This document shows, one piece after another, positions 62,356 to 64,000 of a DNA stretch of 64,000 bases; position 1 is the first letter of the stretch, and each line of letters begins with the position of its first letter. The translations under genes and the position numbers were made by a program. Below the pieces are notes generated by a model. It made no database searches and was not told where the DNA came from. It saw only the letters and a program-made list of their open reading frames with translations. Source of the DNA: Kiritimatiellia bacterium (GTDB lineage Bacteria > Verrucomicrobiota > Kiritimatiellia > CAIVKH01); NCBI GenBank assembly GCA_035327585.1, contig DAOLDD010000004.1:93327-157326 (forward strand). Direction: 5' to 3'.

Positions 62356-64000
62356 CCAGTTCCACGCCGCACCCACGCTTCGTGCCCAGCGGAATCCCCG
62401 CGCTGGATGAAGTCGTGCGCGGCATCCGCCTCGGCGACAACGTGGTCTGGCAGGTCGACCAGCTCGACGCCTACCACGCGGTGGTGGGACCGTTCGTCGC
62501 GCAATCGCTCAAGGACGGACGCCGCCTCGTGTACGTCCGCTTCGCGCCGCACGAGGAGGTCGTCGCGCCGGACCCGCGCATCGTCCGCTACGAACTCGAC
62601 CCGACCCCCGGCTTCGACCAGTTCAGCCGCGCCGTGCACGAATTGATCGAGCGCGAGGGGCGCGACGTCATGTACGTCTTCGACAGCATCTCCACGCTCG
62701 CGGAGGAGTGGGCGACCGACGAGATGCTTGCGAATTTTTTCCAGGTCACGTGCCCCTTCCTGTTCCAGCTCGACACCGTCGCGTACTTCGCGCTGGACCG
62801 CAGCCGCCACGAAGCCGCCGCCGTCGCGCGCATCCGCCAGACCACGCAGCTCCTGCTCGACACGTTCAGCGTCGGCCGCGACCGCTACGTGCACCCGCTC
62901 AAGGTGGCGGAACGCTACGGACCCCAGATGTTCCTGCCGCACCTCGCGCGCGGCGACCACTGGGCGCCCGTGCTGCAAAGCGGACTCGCCGCCGCGGCCG
63001 CGGCGCAGGCCGGCCGCCACGCGCTGCGGCGCGCGGGCGCGAGCCTGGCCCCGTGGGATAGCGTCCAGCAACGCCTCCTCCCGCACCGCGACCTCGACAT
63101 CGCCGCGGTGGACGCCGATCCCGAGTTGCGCGTGCTCAAGCGCGAGTTCATCCGCATGATGCTCGGCGACCAGGGCGCCCTAAACGATTTGGCCGATCGC
63201 CATATGTCGCTCGGCGCGCTGTTCGACATCCGCGACCGCCTCATCGGCTCGGGCCAGATCGGCGGCAAGGCCGCAGGCATGCTCGTCGCGCGCGCGATCC
63301 TGACGCACGGCGACGGCGCCGCGACCGTCGCGCCGTTCCTCGAAAGCCACGATTCGTTCTTCATCGGCTCCGACGTGTTCTTCACCTTCCTCGTGATGAA
63401 CGACCTGTTCCGCCTGCGCCTCCAGGTCTCGCGCCAGGCCTCGCTCTCTCGCGAGGAATTCGCGGACGTCGAGCGCCGGTTCCTCGACGGCGTCTTCCCG
63501 GACGAGGTCATGGAACAGTTCCAAAACCTGCTCGATTACTTCGGCCAGGCCCCGATCATCGTCCGCTCCAGCAGCCTCCTGGAAGACAGCGTCGGCAACG
63601 CCTTCGCCGGAAAATACCACAGCGAATTCTGCCCCAACCAAGGCACGCCCGAGGAGCGCACGCTCGCCTTCCTCCACGCGGTGAAGCGCGTGTACGCCAG
63701 CGCGCTCAACCCGGACGCGCTGTCGTATCGCCGTCGCCGCGGGCTGATTGAACGCGACGAACAGATGGCCATCCTCGTGCAGCGCGTCTCCGGCATGCAC
63801 TACAACCGCTACTTTTTCCCCGCCTTGGCAGGCGTCGCCTTCTCGCGGAACCTCTACGCGTGGACCGATCGCATCGACCCGGCGCAGGGCATCATCCGCC
63901 TCGTCTTCGGCCTCGGCACGCGCGCGGTGGATCGCGTCGGCGGCGACTACCCGCGCATGATCGCCATCAGCCACCCCGGCCTGCGCCCGGAAATCGGCGT
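62352..64000 (+). CDS. PEP-utilising (PEP synthase/PPDK-type) ATP-grasp domain protein with degenerate KaiC/RecA-like N-terminal domain; 3' end runs off window
   Basis: Open frame from ATG at 62352 (an ATGA overlap with the upstream gene) to the window end, with no stop; it is absent from the ORF track for that reason. IIVRSSSLLEDSVGNAFAGKYHSEF matches the PPDK_N/PEP-synthase motif VRSSA..ED...SFAG. The N-terminal SGIPALDEVVRGIRLGDNVVWQVD resembles the KaiC/RadA (T/S)GIPGLDE..GG start but has no Walker A. Confidence 0.6.
   Translation, partial: MTSSTPHPRFVPSGIPALDEVVRGIRLGDNVVWQVDQLDAYHAVVGPFVAQSLKDGRRLVYVRFAPHEEVVAPDPRIVRYELDPTPGFDQFSRAVHELIEREGRDVMYVFDSISTLAEEWATDEMLANFFQVTCPFLFQLDTVAYFALDRSRHEAAAVARIRQTTQLLLDTFSVGRDRYVHPLKVAERYGPQMFLPHLARGDHWAPVLQSGLAAAAAAQAGRHALRRAGASLAPWDSVQQRLLPHRDLDIAAVDADPELRVLKREFIRMMLGDQGALNDLADRHMSLGALFDIRDRLIGSGQIGGKAAGMLVARAILTHGDGAATVAPFLESHDSFFIGSDVFFTFLVMNDLFRLRLQVSRQASLSREEFADVERRFLDGVFPDEVMEQFQNLLDYFGQAPIIVRSSSLLEDSVGNAFAGKYHSEFCPNQGTPEERTLAFLHAVKRVYASALNPDALSYRRRRGLIERDEQMAILVQRVSGMHYNRYFFPALAGVAFSRNLYAWTDRIDPAQGIIRLVFGLGTRAVDRVGGDYPRMIAISHPGLRPEIG

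Noticed and set aside
1-64000. CRISPR arrays, tRNA/rRNA genes, integrases/transposases
   Set aside because: I found no regularly spaced direct repeats with unique spacers, no cloverleaf-like conserved tRNA boxes in intergenic regions, and no recombinase/transposase motifs in any frame I could recognise. A covariance-model scan (tRNAscan-SE/Infernal) would be needed to exclude small ncRNAs.

Overview
High-GC (about 65-70%) bacterial chromosomal segment with no rRNA, tRNA, CRISPR array, integrase or transposase that I could recognise by eye. All annotations are from reading the six-frame translations for motifs, with no database searches.

- 1-33 kb is mostly housekeeping and envelope genes: a hexuronate locus (truncated uxaC, LacI-family regulator, SDR oxidoreductase, divergent LarA-family gene); a hybrid PAS histidine kinase; a UbiA prenyltransferase with a GT2 polyprenyl-phosphate glycosyltransferase; def; a lipoprotein hydrolase with an overlapping regulator; an RND efflux triad; PPK2; vapBC; a CPA2 antiporter; a DEAD-box helicase; guaA; ilvD; carB; mscL.
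- 33.9-42.8 kb is accessory-looking: a HerA/FtsK-like P-loop ATPase with CvpA, then a two-gene candidate novel signalling/conflict module, namely a PfkB-like/AAA+/RyR-domain protein followed by a Rossmannoid N-domain protein with two tandem 2TM modules. A GAFTGA-less sigma54-type AAA+ protein lies convergent to it.
- 43.8-47.3 kb is an odd tightly coupled operon: MraZ-like, an HPr-like protein with Cys at the His15 position, a degenerate SEDS (FtsW/RodA-like) protein, an Hda/DnaA-like AAA+ protein, a hypothetical protein, and a NUDIX hydrolase.
- 47.6-60.3 kb is a defence island bounded by lower-GC junctions. It holds a TPR membrane protein; a 1658-aa DUF4062-like/STAND NTPase with embedded TM helices and C-terminal TPR; an AbiEi/AbiEii pair translationally coupled to a RelA/SpoT-synthetase/TPR/LOG-like/RyR protein; and a TIR/NB-ARC/TPR protein.
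- The window ends with a MalY/PatB-like PLP C-S lyase coupled to a partial PEP-utilising-domain protein that has a degenerate KaiC/RecA-like N-terminus.

Several very long antisense ORFs (R/A/G-rich, low-complexity) are GC-skew artefacts and were rejected.
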